A stretch of DNA of 63,614 nt, counting the filler, from Pirum gemmata (Eukaryota): assembly GCA_002812295.1 (NCBI GenBank). It is 19 parts of 19 records of this genome, joined end to end, with 100 filler letters (N's around TTAATTAATTAA, not from the genome) between each part and the next. Parts side by side here need not be neighbours in the genome. Positions count along the whole stretch, not along the records: positions 60,397 to 63,614 come from PDIN01003130.1; 18 more parts are not named here. The stretch is one strand, 5' to 3'. A program made the translations under genes and the position numbers. Shown one piece after another: positions 62,574 through 63,614 of this stretch. The first letter of the stretch is position 1, and every line of letters begins with the position of its first letter. The notes under the pieces are model-generated. The model was not told where the DNA came from. It saw only the letters and a program-made list of their open reading frames with translations, and did not search any database.

Positions 62574-62577
62574 ACAT
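61888..62577 (-). CDS. tnpA: IS607-family transposase (MerR-like HTH + serine recombinase)
   Basis: N-terminal HTH ASKYYAVNLETLRRWA...TPGNHARY; catalytic IYCRVSSNKQKDDLERQ; HKDRITRFGYE; ELVEDLLAVTHSFSSKIYGNR. Confidence 0.96.
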   Translation of the reverse strand: MYVTPTQASKYYAVNLETLRRWANKKEIQYKLTPGNHARYWIDNYEDKSFESVKNNENQSNSLLSTKKQDVVRRIDAIYCRVSSNKQKDDLERQKQYLLEKYPKAKTYVEIGSSLTMHRAKLQSLLTQISIGKISRVIITHKDRITRFGYEWFEFICNKYGTDIVVEKSSDNEFSKSPKDELVEDLLAVTHSFSSKIYGNRKYITKTKQNKTRNTKNIETKTIDSDIAI

Positions 62578-62833
62578 TTTTTATTAATATTTATTATTTT
62601 TTTAAATTAAAATTTATATTTACAATATATATTAACAATTATTATACAATAAATTTTAATATAATATTATAGCATAGAATTTTATCGTATTATAACATTA
62701 TTATAAGGTATTTTCTTAGCCTGGTTATAACCATTGGTTTGGTTATAACCAAGGTTAATATTAATCACACACACACACACACACACACACAACACACACA
62801 CACACACACAACACACACACACAACACATACAC

Positions 62834-62870
<37 letters not shown>

Positions 62871-62884
62871 TGGCTGGCTAGTTG

Positions 62885-63102
62885 ACTAGAGAGTTGACAT
62901 CTAGCTAGGTAGCTCGTTTTATTTTCATTTCAAATATAATAAAAATAATATGATTCGAAAAAAAAATAATAAAAAAAAAATCAAGCCAATTGGTAGACTA
63001 GAGAGTTGACATCTAGCTAGGTAGCTCGTTTTATATTGATTTCAAATATAATAAAAATAATATGATTCGAAAAAAAAAATAATAAAAAAAAAATCAAGCC
63101 AA
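62885..63102. repeat. ~110-bp tandem direct duplication
   Basis: GACTAGAGAGTTGACATCTAGCTAGGTAGCTCG...ATCAAGCCAA occurs twice. Confidence 0.85.
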
Positions 63103-63546
63103 AAAAAAAATTGAAACAAAAATGGATATTTTCAATTTTTTATTACCATAAAAGTTTTTTAGATTTATTTATATGGAAATAGTTTACAAATATAGTAATT
63201 TTATAGTGTTAATGTTTTTATATTAGTTTCACTTTTCTTATTTCAGAAAGTGTGCATTTCTCTTTGAGTAATGCAAGGGAACTCCGACCCCTCCTCACTA
63301 AAAATTGTCACGTGACTCGGTAGACCAAAAAAACCCTACGTCACTAGTAATCGATCCTAGTTGTTAGTCAAATATAAAAGTAGTTGGAGTCAGTTTATCA
63401 GACTTTCATAAAGTAGTTAGAAGGCTTAGGCCGGGTATATTGGGGGTGAAACCATTAAAGGTTACCTACCCTACCTAACGAAACATGGAGGCAGGCGTAA
63501 GCTTCAGTCAATAGTATGCGGTAACAGATAGGTCAGGCAAATTTAT

Positions 63547-63593
<47 letters not shown>

Positions 63594-63614
63594 TTTTTTT
63601 TTTTTTGAACTTAA

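Larger units (their letters stand above)
61173..62721 (-). mobile_element. IS607-family element (tnpA serine recombinase + TnpB/Fanzor2), 3'-truncated or interrupted
   Basis: Overlapping tnpA-tnpB arrangement on one strand with no TIRs. The left end is a guess at the GG at 62721-62720; the right end is not visible. Confidence 0.85.

Overview
AT-rich eukaryotic DNA that is not one locus. It consists of 19 unrelated ~3.2-4 kb contigs joined by 18 artificial N-TTAATTAATTAA-N linkers, so synteny holds only within a segment. The host has GT-AG introns, interstitial TTAGGG repeats, poly-Q/N tracts and many MITEs. The gene mix (dermatopontin-like protein, receptor with an integrin-beta-like tail, sterol glucosyltransferase, isocitrate lyase) suggests a unicellular relative of animals or fungi such as an ichthyosporean; this is inference only. 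The main finding is in the last contig: an IS607-family element with an intact serine-recombinase TnpA and a TnpB/Fanzor2 gene. The Fanzor reading frame is open through the whole of tnpA in the +1 frame, starting at a second ATG 4 nt after the tnpA ATG, and tnpA codon choice specifically avoids creating stops in that frame. This is a candidate dual-coding way to express a bacterial two-gene operon in a eukaryote. The Fanzor RuvC-I motif (ISLDPGCRTFQTG) lies just beyond an in-frame TAA, and the gene is then cut by TTAGGG-like repeats. Other genes: spliced HerA/FtsK-like ATPase with a tandem N-terminal repeat, 6x saposin-A + Kazal protein, PHD protein, divergent cyclin, GBP/atlastin-like protein with a signal peptide and degenerate P-loop, tandem dermatopontin, EGF-rich receptor. 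Two perfect hairpins on different contigs share identical termini. All family calls come from motif recognition by eye; no searches were run.
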